Origin: an uncultured bacterium
GTDB lineage: Bacteria; Margulisbacteria; WOR-1; XYC2-FULL-46-14
Direction: 5' to 3'
NCBI GenBank assembly: GCA_964421245.1
Contig: CAYQVW010000009.1
Location: forward strand, 1,404-65,403
DNA length: 64,000 bases
In this document: positions 8,701-16,571 of the stretch, piece after piece
Position numbering within the stretch: position 1 is the stretch's first letter
Layout: every line of letters begins with the position of its first letter
Notes under the pieces: generated by a model
Told to the model about the DNA's origin: nothing
What the model saw: only the letters and a program-made list of their open reading frames with translations
Database searches by the model: none
Position numbers and translations under genes: made by a program

Positions 8701-10624
8701 ATTCACTTTTTCAGAAAACATGGACTCCTCGACTATTGTTTCTGGGAATATCGACACAATGCTTCCTCTCGCAGGAGTTGGAACCACTTATGGAGGAAGT
8801 CCAACAGCCGATTGGTCCACTCCATCAGGAGATAACGCACTAACCGTTACACTTGGTAGTAGTGTAGATGTAGACATAAATGATAGAGTTAATCCAGCTG
8901 CTTCTGTCACCGATGCTTATGGAAATGCTGATGGCACTCCTGCTCCAGGAGTAAAAATCAATAATGCCCTTGTCATTACTAGTGAAGCTGGATCAAACGG
9001 GTCAATCTCTCCATCCGGAACTGTTATCAAAACCACTAACAGCAATCAAACATTTACCATCACCCCAGACACGGGATATAGTATAGATACCCTATTGGTC
9101 GACGGAACATCAACCACCGCGACAACAGAATATACTTTTTCAAACATAACAGAAAATCACACGATCGAAGCAACCTTTGCAATTAATACATTTACCATAA
9201 CCTCAGAAGCAGGAACAAATGGCTCAATAACTCCATCCGGAATTACAGGTAAAAATTATGGTTCATCACAAACATACACTATTACCCCTGACAGCGGGTA
9301 TGGCGTAGATACCTTGTTAGTTGATGGAACTTCAACTACTGCAACAACAGAATATACCTTTACCAACATCACGGCCAACCACACAATAGAGGCAAGCTTT
9401 GTTCTAACAACCGTTAGTGCCTCAACAAATTGTGTAGCAACCGCTGACTCAACCAGCCAAATTAGTTTAAGTTGGACTAACAATGCCAGTGTCATATCTG
9501 AAAATAATATTGAACAGAGTTCTAATGGAATAACTTTTACTGAAATAGCGACCGCTGCTTCCAACGCAACCTCCTACTCTGCCACCGGATTAACTGCAAA
9601 CACTCGCTATTGGCATAGAGTAAGAGCAGAAAATAGCGGTACTTATTCTGATTACGCAACTGCAGAAGCAAAATATACTCTAGCTGAAACAATTACATCG
9701 GGAACTTCAGAAACTATCGGCTCAACTTTTATTAGAGTGTCTTGGGAAGCGGGAAGCAATCCTTCTGGAACACAATATTATTGTGAAAACCAAACTGCTG
9801 GAACCAATTCTGGCTGGATCACTAATACAACCTGGGAAAGTTCTTCCTTATCTTCCGAAACGTCATACACCTTTAGAATAAAAGCAAGGAATGGAGATGG
9901 AGCTGAGACCAGTTGGTATTCTATTGGAACATTCACTACCATAACGAAACCAACTCCGGACGAAGTAAAAATTGGAACAATAGGACTAATATCTGGAGAT
10001 ATAATCGGCAGTACGCCCAAAATAGCCGTTACAACCTCTGTTTCAAGTTCTGCTAATTCGGTTTCAGCAAAAGATCTTACAACAAAATCCATCAATGCAA
10101 GCAGTTTTAGAATCTATATTGATGATGTTCTTGTTACAGACGGTTTAAATACTTATTACGACACCGTCACTGTAGTTTCTGGAGTGGCTACTTTTGAATA
10201 TACTCCCAAAACCCCGCTCTCAGAGGGAACACACACAATCAGGATAGTTTTTAGTGATAGTGACGGAGTTGAGTATGAAGGGGAATATACTAATCTTCGA
10301 GTTATGACAACAGTTCAGGTAGTTGGAGATCCTCTTTGTTATCCAAATCCATACAATCCAACACAAGGGAATGTTCGAATTGCATATAGTCTAGGTGTCG
10401 ATACCAATGTAACCATCTACATTTTTAATTCTTACGGTGAAATACAATGGAAAAACAGCTATTTAAGCGGAGCATCTGGTGGTCAAGCCGGTTATAACGA
10501 AATAACCTGGAACGGCAGAAACATGTTTGGAAATTATGTAATGAATAATGTATATCTGATAAGAATTGTTAATAATAGTAACAATAAAATGCTTGGCAAA
10601 GCCAGACTGGCGGTTATTAAATGA
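5774..10624 (+). CDS. Giant multidomain secreted surface protein/adhesin. Domain order: signal peptide, Pmp-type beta-helix repeats, 4 tandem Big_5-like Ig domains, 2 InlB-B-like repeats, 2 FN3, T9SS/FlgD-Ig-like C-terminal domain.
   Basis: 1616 aa. N-terminal signal peptide. Repeated GGA[IL]YF and NCTFxDN/FxxN motifs (chlamydial polymorphic membrane protein repeat, parallel beta-helix). Four ~115-aa repeats with TFTFSExM...SGATVNP..AVSDExGN (SbsA/Big_5-like). Two ~80-aa repeats GSISPSG...TITPDTGYSIDTLLVDG (InlB B-repeat-like). Two FN3-like modules. C-terminus CYPNPYNP...VTIYIFNSYGE...WNGRN..G..V.NNVYLIRI resembles the T9SS type A sorting / FlgD Ig-like domain. Confidence 0.8.
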   Translation: MEKNIKFLLTRSAFLLFILLFLLFTSTYAYAATITVTDNGNSGAGTLRQAFSDANDGDTIDFNLAAGTEIITVESQISTFNKSLTIDGDNTAGSGTNVTVKVTLEGVCTYRTFSLDARSNYDFVLQNMTIQGGNLSASYGEGGAIYFRDDSTGSLTLTNCTITDSKAWEGGALYVDVSDDVTITNCTFQDNAAVSSGSSGGAMYFNTGTGSTITGTVIDNCTAESSGGGIFLSSYDGITIDKCTFSNNSSSVGDGGGMATSNNGDLVAVTITNSTFNGNTAPDTGEDGGAIYFYYGVYVVTNCTFFDNSCARLGGAIFFPYSTLTITNTTIANNASTGGTGDGLYHGSDSTLRIKNCLLANQDDNDYEYFSGTLTNNGYNIVENDSGWSAAGTDITGDQANLHLDTALADNGTVNSTQTLALTDEASVARNAGDTTANSGVAIPTTDQRGFFRLGATDIGAYEYSGTTEATPSTTAPASISQATDGTGYVTFQTTVTDLNDDTCSLEVEYSDDGGSNWYDPDLVSVSGDGTPTVDDAKTFQIESITSTEDDNALTIVWDTLSASNGNGSLDAADQADIQVRVTPSDGTAEGTVQTSESFSVDNLDPTLDSIAWTDSDSSTDISATDILTFTFSETMESGSVDNASGANDVDTVLAPSAGDYGSSGADDLSWTGDTTLVVTLGAGADLSSGATVNPTNAVSDESGNIDNTTSPPAITDNVGSTLESISWTDVDSSTDFSATDTLTFTFSENMSTETIDNSGGANDIDTVLAPSAGDYGSSGASQVSWSDSSTLVVTLGTGINLLSGATVNPTAVASDEAGNADDTTAPGPPIIDNVGPTLESIAWTDSDSSTDISATDILTFTFSKNMSAETIDNSGGANDIDTVLAPSVGNYGASGTANIAWTSDTTLVITLGATATVTSGATVNPTSAVSDEVGNADNTDAPGPSILDNISPTLESIAWTDDDSSGSINVGDTLLFTFSENMDSSTIVSGNIDTMLPLAGVGTTYGGSPTADWSTPSGDNALTVTLGSSVDVDINDRVNPAASVTDAYGNADGTPAPGVKINNALVITSEAGSNGSISPSGTVIKTTNSNQTFTITPDTGYSIDTLLVDGTSTTATTEYTFSNITENHTIEATFAINTFTITSEAGTNGSITPSGITGKNYGSSQTYTITPDSGYGVDTLLVDGTSTTATTEYTFTNITANHTIEASFVLTTVSASTNCVATADSTSQISLSWTNNASVISENNIEQSSNGITFTEIATAASNATSYSATGLTANTRYWHRVRAENSGTYSDYATAEAKYTLAETITSGTSETIGSTFIRVSWEAGSNPSGTQYYCENQTAGTNSGWITNTTWESSSLSSETSYTFRIKARNGDGAETSWYSIGTFTTITKPTPDEVKIGTIGLISGDIIGSTPKIAVTTSVSSSANSVSAKDLTTKSINASSFRIYIDDVLVTDGLNTYYDTVTVVSGVATFEYTPKTPLSEGTHTIRIVFSDSDGVEYEGEYTNLRVMTTVQVVGDPLCYPNPYNPTQGNVRIAYSLGVDTNVTIYIFNSYGEIQWKNSYLSGASGGQAGYNEITWNGRNMFGNYVMNNVYLIRIVNNSNNKMLGKARLAVIK
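7570..8960 (+). repeat. Four tandem ~345-bp (115-aa) intragenic repeats, highly similar at nucleotide level
   Basis: Repeat heads recur at ~7597, 7940, 8290 and 8635. Each begins cttga[at]tcaat[tg][gt]cctggac[at]ga...gatat... Period 343-350 bp. Confidence 0.8.
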
Positions 10625-11853
10625 AAATACTTCGACAAGCTCAGTATTTAATATTGTTATTAGTGTTTCTTGCAACAGCAAGTTATTCTTCATCAGTTCT
10701 TGATGCCGGAATCAGTGGAAGATCACTTGGACTTGCTGGAGCATTAACTGTAATGACTGAGGACGCTGGCAATAGTATATTTGGAAACCCAGCCTCTCTT
10801 TCTACCATGCAAACCCCAGAGGCTATTAGCATGTACAGTGAATTTACAGGAGATATCTATTACTCTCTTTTTGGAATGGCCTTTCCTACGAAGATTGGTG
10901 GATTAAGTCTTGGTTATGCCGGCAATCGTTCTAGAGAAATTATTAGCACCACTATAGATGGGAATGGCAGAATAGCAGCTTCATCAACATTCTACTATTA
11001 CGACGACATTTACACCCTAGGTTGGTCTCGCAAAATAAATCAGAAACTATCTTGGGGACTACGACTAAACCAATTTAATCGTGGAACTACTGATACCTCT
11101 TCTGGTGAAGTTGGGACTGGAGCTAATTTTGACTTCGGCCTCTTACTTTCTATTAACAAATACATTGATGCTGGAATATATTTAACCAATATTTTAAGAA
11201 ATACAATGAACTGGAGCAACGGAACGATCGAGGATCTTCCAATTGGCACAAATATCGGGGTTGGTTTATATCGTGGTCCGTTAAAACTATTTATCAATTA
11301 CCTAAACCGAGAAGATGTCCCAGCAAAGGTTGGAGTTGGAGCAGAATTCAATACCTGGAAAAACCTAAAAATACGGCTTGGGGTTCAACAATCTTCAATG
11401 ACTAACAATGAAAAATATTATACCACTACCCTTGGTCTTGGAATAAAACTTGGCAAAGTAAAAATAGATTATGCTTATAATCAAAATGATCTTCTTCTCT
11501 ACAATGCAAGGCACTATATCAGTTTATCAATTGCCTTCCCTGGACCCGGGAAAAAAGTAGTACAAGAAAAACCAACAATAAGTCCCATTATTGAAATAGA
11601 CGAGAAAATCATCATTCCCGCCTCAACAATAAAAAAACCTACTGTCACCAAAAAGACAATACAACCGAAAAAAGAAACAACAATTAAAAGTTCAACTAAA
11701 ACGGAAGCTACAATCGAACTTTATGATCCGATAGAGATAGAAAAAGAATTAGCTCAGCCTGATGATCCATTAAATATAAAACTTCTAGCTGTACTTAGTT
11801 TTATTGTGGTTGGAACTTTGGTTCTCTTGTTTTTCCTAGTTAGAAAACGATAA
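10621..11853 (+). CDS. PorV/PorQ-like (FadL-like) outer-membrane beta-barrel candidate with Pro/Thr/Lys-rich linker and C-terminal TM anchor
   Basis: ATG overlaps the upstream TAA (ATGA coupling). Signal peptide present. N-terminal SVLDAGISGRSLGLAGALTVMTEDAGNSIFGNPASL resembles the G.GAR.LGMGGA..A..DDA...WNPAGL opening of PorV/PorQ/UPF0164-type barrels. Alternating beta-strand-like pattern follows, then PT-rich spacer and LLAVLSFIVVGTLVLLFFLVRKR. Confidence 0.45.
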   Translation: MKILRQAQYLILLLVFLATASYSSSVLDAGISGRSLGLAGALTVMTEDAGNSIFGNPASLSTMQTPEAISMYSEFTGDIYYSLFGMAFPTKIGGLSLGYAGNRSREIISTTIDGNGRIAASSTFYYYDDIYTLGWSRKINQKLSWGLRLNQFNRGTTDTSSGEVGTGANFDFGLLLSINKYIDAGIYLTNILRNTMNWSNGTIEDLPIGTNIGVGLYRGPLKLFINYLNREDVPAKVGVGAEFNTWKNLKIRLGVQQSSMTNNEKYYTTTLGLGIKLGKVKIDYAYNQNDLLLYNARHYISLSIAFPGPGKKVVQEKPTISPIIEIDEKIIIPASTIKKPTVTKKTIQPKKETTIKSSTKTEATIELYDPIEIEKELAQPDDPLNIKLLAVLSFIVVGTLVLLFFLVRKR

Positions 11854-11869
11854 TATCTCTTTACTAATT

Positions 11870-12871
11870 TCAGTTATTAGGTTTTATAATTACCTTAAGA
11901 CATTCCTTGTTTTCACTCGCCAGATTAAATCCTTCACTTATTTTGTCAAGAGTTAGTCGGTGGGTAATCATATCATCTACTTTGATCTTACCGCTCTTTA
12001 AAAGTTCTACTGCTTGGCTGTTATCTCTTGGGGCCGCACCATAACAGGTTTTAAAACTTATGTCATTTCTCCAGTATGGATTAAAATCTATTGGAATAGT
12101 CTCTCCCGGTTTTGGCACAGCAAAGAAAAGGACAACTCCACCACGATCAACTGATTTCAATCCTTGTAATAAAGCGGGTAATGCTCCGGCAGATATCACA
12201 ACTTTATCAGCCAGTATACCAATATCATCGCCAGCACGAAACACAGCATCTGCCCCAAACTTTTTAGCAGTTTCCAGTCTAAAATTATTTAGATCGGTTG
12301 CAATTATCTTTCTGGCACCAAGTGCTTTTGCAAGTTTTACGTATAAAAGTCCAGCAAGACCAGATCCTATTATAAGAACACTGTCACTTGGTCTAATATT
12401 AATTGCTCGCATCCCTCTAACCACTGTTCCAAGTGGTTCAATAAAAGTCCCTTGCTCAAAAGAAAGCTCATCTGGAAGAATAAATGTACCGGTATCAACA
12501 CTCTTTCCTGAAACCTTTAAAAACTCGGAAAAACCTCCGGGAGTAAAATTATTCTTGGTTTGAAATGTTACACAGGCAGTTTCATTTCCATTTTTGCAAT
12601 AATGACATTCGTCACATGGCACATGATGTGTAGAGAAGACTCTGTCTCCGACTTTGAATTTTTTAATATCACTGCCAATCTTTACAATTTTTCCAGCAAG
12701 TTCGTGTCCAAGCACTAGCGGAGCTTTCTTGATCCGGTACCACTCCATCACATCACTTCCGCAGATACCAGAAGCCATGACTTGGATTAAAATATCTTTG
12801 GACTCAATTTCTGGGATAGGTTTTTCTTCAACCCTTACATCTTTATTGTTGTAATAGACTCCGGCCTTCAT
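11870..12871 (-). CDS. Zn-dependent medium-chain alcohol dehydrogenase (threonine/sorbitol dehydrogenase-like)
   Basis: GICGSDVMEWY...GHELAGKIVKIG (catalytic Zn site), CDECHYCKNG (structural Zn Cys cluster), LIIGSGLAGL Rossmann motif. Confidence 0.75.
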   Translation of the reverse strand: MKAGVYYNNKDVRVEEKPIPEIESKDILIQVMASGICGSDVMEWYRIKKAPLVLGHELAGKIVKIGSDIKKFKVGDRVFSTHHVPCDECHYCKNGNETACVTFQTKNNFTPGGFSEFLKVSGKSVDTGTFILPDELSFEQGTFIEPLGTVVRGMRAINIRPSDSVLIIGSGLAGLLYVKLAKALGARKIIATDLNNFRLETAKKFGADAVFRAGDDIGILADKVVISAGALPALLQGLKSVDRGGVVLFFAVPKPGETIPIDFNPYWRNDISFKTCYGAAPRDNSQAVELLKSGKIKVDDMITHRLTLDKISEGFNLASENKECLKVIIKPNN

Positions 12872-13743
12872 TTTGCTAATTTTTTGTAAAGTTGAAGTGC
12901 TTTCTTCACACTACGTCCTTCATGCACAATAGATCTTACAGCCTGAATCATTGCAACTGGATTTTCGTTTTGAAAGATGTTGCGCCCCATATCAACGCCA
13001 ACTGCACCCGCCTTAACTGCGTTAGAAACAAAATCGAGCGCCTCTTTGGTCGGCCTTTTGGTTCCTCCGGCAATTACAATTGGAGCTAGGCAAGAATCAA
13101 CTACCTCTTCAAAGCCATCACAATAATATGTTTTTACAATGTCGGCCCCATTTTCAGAAACAACGCGAGCTGCATGTTTTAAATATTTTAACGCTTCTTT
13201 TTTATCATCCTTTGTTAAGTCTCCTCCACCCTCTCTCTCCCCTTTTACAAATCTGGTTAGTATAGGATCACTCCCTACTGCGGTAATCCCGATAGAAATT
13301 AATCCATACTTGCGTGCTTCGTTTGTAAGGCTGGTAAGATTACCGATGCTCTCTGTTTGGTGAGGCAATCCAATGTAGCAGGAAGCGGTAAATCCTATGG
13401 CATTGCATTTTATCATTTCTTCAACCGAGACGGTCACAATTTCGTCATCCAGCTGGTCTGATTTTCTCATACTGTTTCCGCCGGTTGCTCGTAAAATTAT
13501 TGGAGTCTTTGTAAATGGGTCTATACTTGTTTTTAGTCCACCGATAGTCGGGCTAATTGCATCACAATAAGGCAGAAGAGGATCAACCGTTCCTCTTAAA
13601 TCTTCAAGTCCTTTAGGTGCTCCCTGAAAATAACCATGATCAACGGCAAGCAACACGGTTCTACCCGATTTTAGGTTAAACATCTGTGCCAACCTATTTT
13701 GCAATCCACTCCATTCCATTTGATAATCAGTAACTTTTTTCAC
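12868..13743 (-). CDS. DhnA/LsrF-family class I aldolase (fructose-bisphosphate aldolase class I / ADH synthase / LsrF thiolase family)
   Basis: 291 aa. RTVLLAVDHGYFQGAPKGLED (Schiff-base family signature). C-terminal PIVIAGGTK...GAVGVDMGRNIFQNENPVAMIQAV closely resembles LsrF/DhnA. Exact subfamily not assignable by eye. Confidence 0.6.
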   Translation of the reverse strand: MKKVTDYQMEWSGLQNRLAQMFNLKSGRTVLLAVDHGYFQGAPKGLEDLRGTVDPLLPYCDAISPTIGGLKTSIDPFTKTPIILRATGGNSMRKSDQLDDEIVTVSVEEMIKCNAIGFTASCYIGLPHQTESIGNLTSLTNEARKYGLISIGITAVGSDPILTRFVKGEREGGGDLTKDDKKEALKYLKHAARVVSENGADIVKTYYCDGFEEVVDSCLAPIVIAGGTKRPTKEALDFVSNAVKAGAVGVDMGRNIFQNENPVAMIQAVRSIVHEGRSVKKALQLYKKLAK

Positions 13744-13930
13744 TACTAAGTCCTCCCTTTATATCCTCCGAAGCCACAAAGGGCGAAGGAGGATGGTTTT
13801 TCTTAATTATACCACATGAAAAATTCGAAGCGCTTTCCTTTGGGTGTTTCACCGCTTGCCCAGATTAATCGTGGTTTTTTAGGGTCTGGCCCATAGGAAA
13901 CATTATCAAAATTCAGAATAAATTTTTGGT

Positions 13931-13980
13931 AACTTTTCGTAACTTTTCGTAACTTTTTCGTAACCTCCCGTAACGTTTCT
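13931..13980. repeat. Five tandem degenerate ~10-nt repeats (GTAACTTTTC-like)
   Basis: cgtaacttttcgtaacttttcgtaactttttcgtaacctcccgtaacg in the intergenic region between the aldolase start and tRNA-Asn. Confidence 0.7.
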
Positions 13981-14100
13981 TCACCCTCATACCACGGTGG
14001 GATAGACGTTTAAATCTTGATGACTTTTCTGCCAGGCAGCGATTTTTTCTTGAAGTGACAGCGAAGCTGCTATCGCTACAAAGACTCTTTTTTTAGGCAT
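13981..14100 (-). pseudogene. 39-codon ORF resembling the N-terminus of a 2'-5' RNA ligase (ThpR/LigT); probable truncated gene remnant
   Basis: MPKKRVFVAIAASLSLQEKIAAWQKSHQDLNVYPTVV then stop. RxFxAI...I..W pattern resembles the ThpR N-terminus. Catalytic HxT/S motifs absent. Confidence 0.25.
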
Positions 14101-14121
14101 AGATAATTATAGCAAAGTAAA

Positions 14122-14197
14122 TGGCTCCCCGGGTTGGATTCGAACCAACGACCAATTGATTAACAGTCAACTGCGCTACCGCTGCGCTACCGGGGAA
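14122..14197 (-). tRNA. tRNA-Asn (anticodon GTT)
   Basis: Reverse complement TCCCCGGTAGCGCAGCGGTAGCGCAGTTGACTGTTAATCAATTGGTCGTTGGTTCGAATCCAACCCGGGGAGCCA. 7-bp acceptor stem, D-arm, anticodon loop CTGTTAA, T-loop TTCGAAT, encoded CCA. Confidence 0.85.
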
Positions 14198-14286
14198 TGC
14201 AGAGTACCTGTATATCAGTTTATCAGTATATCGGTATTTTTTCAAGAATGGCAGATTTAGCCAATTTTATCGTATAATTATCTATA

Positions 14287-14562
14287 ATGCCCTATTACGT
14301 CTACATCCTAAAATGCAAAAACGGAGCACTCTACACCGGGATTACTACAGATTTGAAGAGAAGATTTGCGGAACACAAAAGTGGCAAAGGCGGCCACTAC
14401 ACTGCTGCCAACCCTCCAGTCAAAATTCTATATTCCGAAAAACATAAGAATAGAAGCAAAGCGACAAAGAGAGAGATTGAGATTAAAGGGTGGTCACGGA
14501 AAAAGAAGATCAAGCTTTTTTCAAAACCATCGCCCAAACAACATTTTCACCTTCAGGAATAA
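14287..14562 (+). CDS. GIY-YIG nuclease family protein (UPF0213/YhbQ-like)
   Basis: YYVYILKCKNGALYTGITTDLKRRFAEHKSGKG...KGWSRKKK is the canonical small GIY-YIG domain. Confidence 0.75.
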   Translation: MPYYVYILKCKNGALYTGITTDLKRRFAEHKSGKGGHYTAANPPVKILYSEKHKNRSKATKREIEIKGWSRKKKIKLFSKPSPKQHFHLQE

Positions 14563-15319
14563 TATAGTGTACATCGCTGAAAGTTGCTCCTACATATTGA
14601 AAACTCTCCAGAAGCATATCAACATCATCACAAAGATCTGTTTCAACAAAATACCCACCAGATTTTAGAATAGAAAAAATTCCACTTAAACTTTTCCTTG
14701 TATCAATTCCTCTCAGTCTTTGTAAAAATTGGGTTGGACCAATTCGCAATTCATCAAAATGACTTGCCTCTTCTCTTGTCAAACCATCTCCTTGCCCATC
14801 AAGTACCCCTTTAATTATATCTTTCCGACTCTGTTCAGGAAGAGAAATAATCTGTTCAAAAATAGAGAGAAGTGGTACCAAAAGTTGTTCATATTCAACC
14901 AAATGTGTAATCATTTCAGAATGCCAAAAAACAACATCACAACTTCCTCTAGTCAAAGGACCTTTTGCTTGAGGCAAATGTGAAATATTACCAACAATGC
15001 CAGTAAGATGAGAAGCAAGCCTTTGAGTAAAGATTCTTTTAAATTCAAAAATATAGGAATGAACACCCCCTCTTTCCGGTAAACGAGGAGTCTCCCCTGC
15101 CCCTAATTCTACTACCTGACCAGAATTTAAACGTGCCCAATCATAGAAACCATTTAAAAAGGTAGTCGGATCCATCCCTCTCCCAGCTCGACTAAGAGGT
15201 GACTGATTTACTATTTTTACCGACTCCACACCCATAAACTTTGACTGAACTACTGCCCAGCTACTTACAAGGGCATTGTCTCTTGAGGGCCTTTTTGCTG
15301 TATGCAAATATATTGGCAT
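14510..15319 (-). CDS. Hypothetical protein, possibly class I SAM-dependent methyltransferase
   Basis: VVELGAGETPRL resembles methyltransferase motif I. Otherwise unassigned. 3' end overlaps the GIY-YIG ORF on the opposite strand. Confidence 0.35.
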   Translation of the reverse strand: MPIYLHTAKRPSRDNALVSSWAVVQSKFMGVESVKIVNQSPLSRAGRGMDPTTFLNGFYDWARLNSGQVVELGAGETPRLPERGGVHSYIFEFKRIFTQRLASHLTGIVGNISHLPQAKGPLTRGSCDVVFWHSEMITHLVEYEQLLVPLLSIFEQIISLPEQSRKDIIKGVLDGQGDGLTREEASHFDELRIGPTQFLQRLRGIDTRKSLSGIFSILKSGGYFVETDLCDDVDMLLESFQYVGATFSDVHYIIPEGENVVWAMVLKKA

Positions 15320-15404
15320 ATTTTATTTTCGAAAAATTTGAAATAAAATTTCACTCTTTTTAGACTCTCTTCACTTCTCACTTGTAAAACAGTATACTTT
15401 CTAT

Positions 15405-16571
15405 ATGACCTCTCACAAAAATCAATTCGATATAGTTGTTATCGGCGGAGGGCCTGCTGGCATAATGGCTGCAGGCAGAGCAGCCGAGAAAGGTGCCAAG
15501 GTACTCCTTATTGAAAAAACCTATCGACTCGGCAGCAAATTATTGCTGACCGGTGGAGGCCACTGCAACATTACCAATAGTGCAAATATAGATGATATGG
15601 TTGCCGCCTTCGGAAAAAACGGGAAATTTCTATATAGAGCATTAACCATCTTCTCAAACAATGATCTGATTGATTTTTTTGAATCGCGCGGAGTAAAAAT
15701 GCAAACAGAATCGGATGGAAGAGTTCTCCCAGAAAATAATAGTGCCGAAGCAATACTTGCAGTCTTACGCAAATACCTCAAGGATAATAATGTATCGATA
15801 CTTCATAACAAAACTATCAAATCCTTAAACAATTTGCATGCAAAAAAAATAATTATCGCAACCGGTGGAAAGTCCTATCCAGCAACTGGCTCTACCGGTG
15901 ATGGATACAAAATAGCCAAAAAAAGTGGACATACCATTGCACCTATTAGTCCGGGACTTAGCGCACTTATATCTAATAATTCATTCATCAAAGAACTACA
16001 AGGCCTAACACTTAAAGATATTGGGATTTCAGTAATCATTGACGGCAAGAAAAAGCATGAAGAAAAAGGAGATATCCTCTTTACCCACTTTGGAGTATCT
16101 GGTCCGATCGTTCTAAATCTTAGTGGAAAAATTATTGATGCTCTCTCAAACAAGAGCAAAGTTGAATTATCAATTAATATAATGGAGGACTTTGCTTTTT
16201 TGGGATCAAAAACTGTCGCGCAGTATTTCAAAAAGACTCTTCCCCTATCTCTTTCGTCTCTATTTGAAAAACTTTGTTCAAAATTTTCAAACAAAAGATG
16301 TTGCGAGGTAAGCAAAGAAGAGCGCAAAAAAATCACAGCGTACTTAACTGATTTTAGAATCAATATAATTAGAGCCAGGCCGATCGAGGAAGCAACAATT
16401 ACCCGAGGCGGTGTTTCACTAAAAGAGATCAATCCACAAACAATGGAATCAAAACTGGTAAAAGGACTCTATTTTTGCGGTGAGGTAATCAATCTAGCTG
16501 GAATAACTGGTGGATACAATCTACAAGAAGCATTTTCTACTGGATACCTAGCAGGTGAATCAGCAGCATGA
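15405..16571 (+). CDS. NAD(P)/FAD-dependent oxidoreductase, HI0933/BaiN-like flavoprotein
   Basis: FDIVVIGGGPAGIMAAGRAAEKGAKVLLIEK (FAD-binding GxGxxG). LLTGGGHCNITN is typical of the HI0933 family. Confidence 0.7.
   Translation: MTSHKNQFDIVVIGGGPAGIMAAGRAAEKGAKVLLIEKTYRLGSKLLLTGGGHCNITNSANIDDMVAAFGKNGKFLYRALTIFSNNDLIDFFESRGVKMQTESDGRVLPENNSAEAILAVLRKYLKDNNVSILHNKTIKSLNNLHAKKIIIATGGKSYPATGSTGDGYKIAKKSGHTIAPISPGLSALISNNSFIKELQGLTLKDIGISVIIDGKKKHEEKGDILFTHFGVSGPIVLNLSGKIIDALSNKSKVELSINIMEDFAFLGSKTVAQYFKKTLPLSLSSLFEKLCSKFSNKRCCEVSKEERKKITAYLTDFRINIIRARPIEEATITRGGVSLKEINPQTMESKLVKGLYFCGEVINLAGITGGYNLQEAFSTGYLAGESAA

Noticed and set aside
5854-10095. Multiple antisense or alternative-frame ORFs (61-113 aa) inside the giant adhesin gene
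   Set aside because: All lie within a gene with continuous strong domain signal. They are repeat-driven open frames with no independent support.
10621-11853. Calling a complete type IX secretion system
   Set aside because: Only a cargo-type C-terminal domain and a PorV-like candidate are visible. No PorK/L/M/N, SprA or PorU homologs occur in this window, so only the module is reported, not the system.
13981-14100. Intact small gene downstream of tRNA-Asn
   Set aside because: 39 codons with only N-terminal resemblance to ThpR and no catalytic motifs. Listed only as a low-confidence pseudogene fragment.
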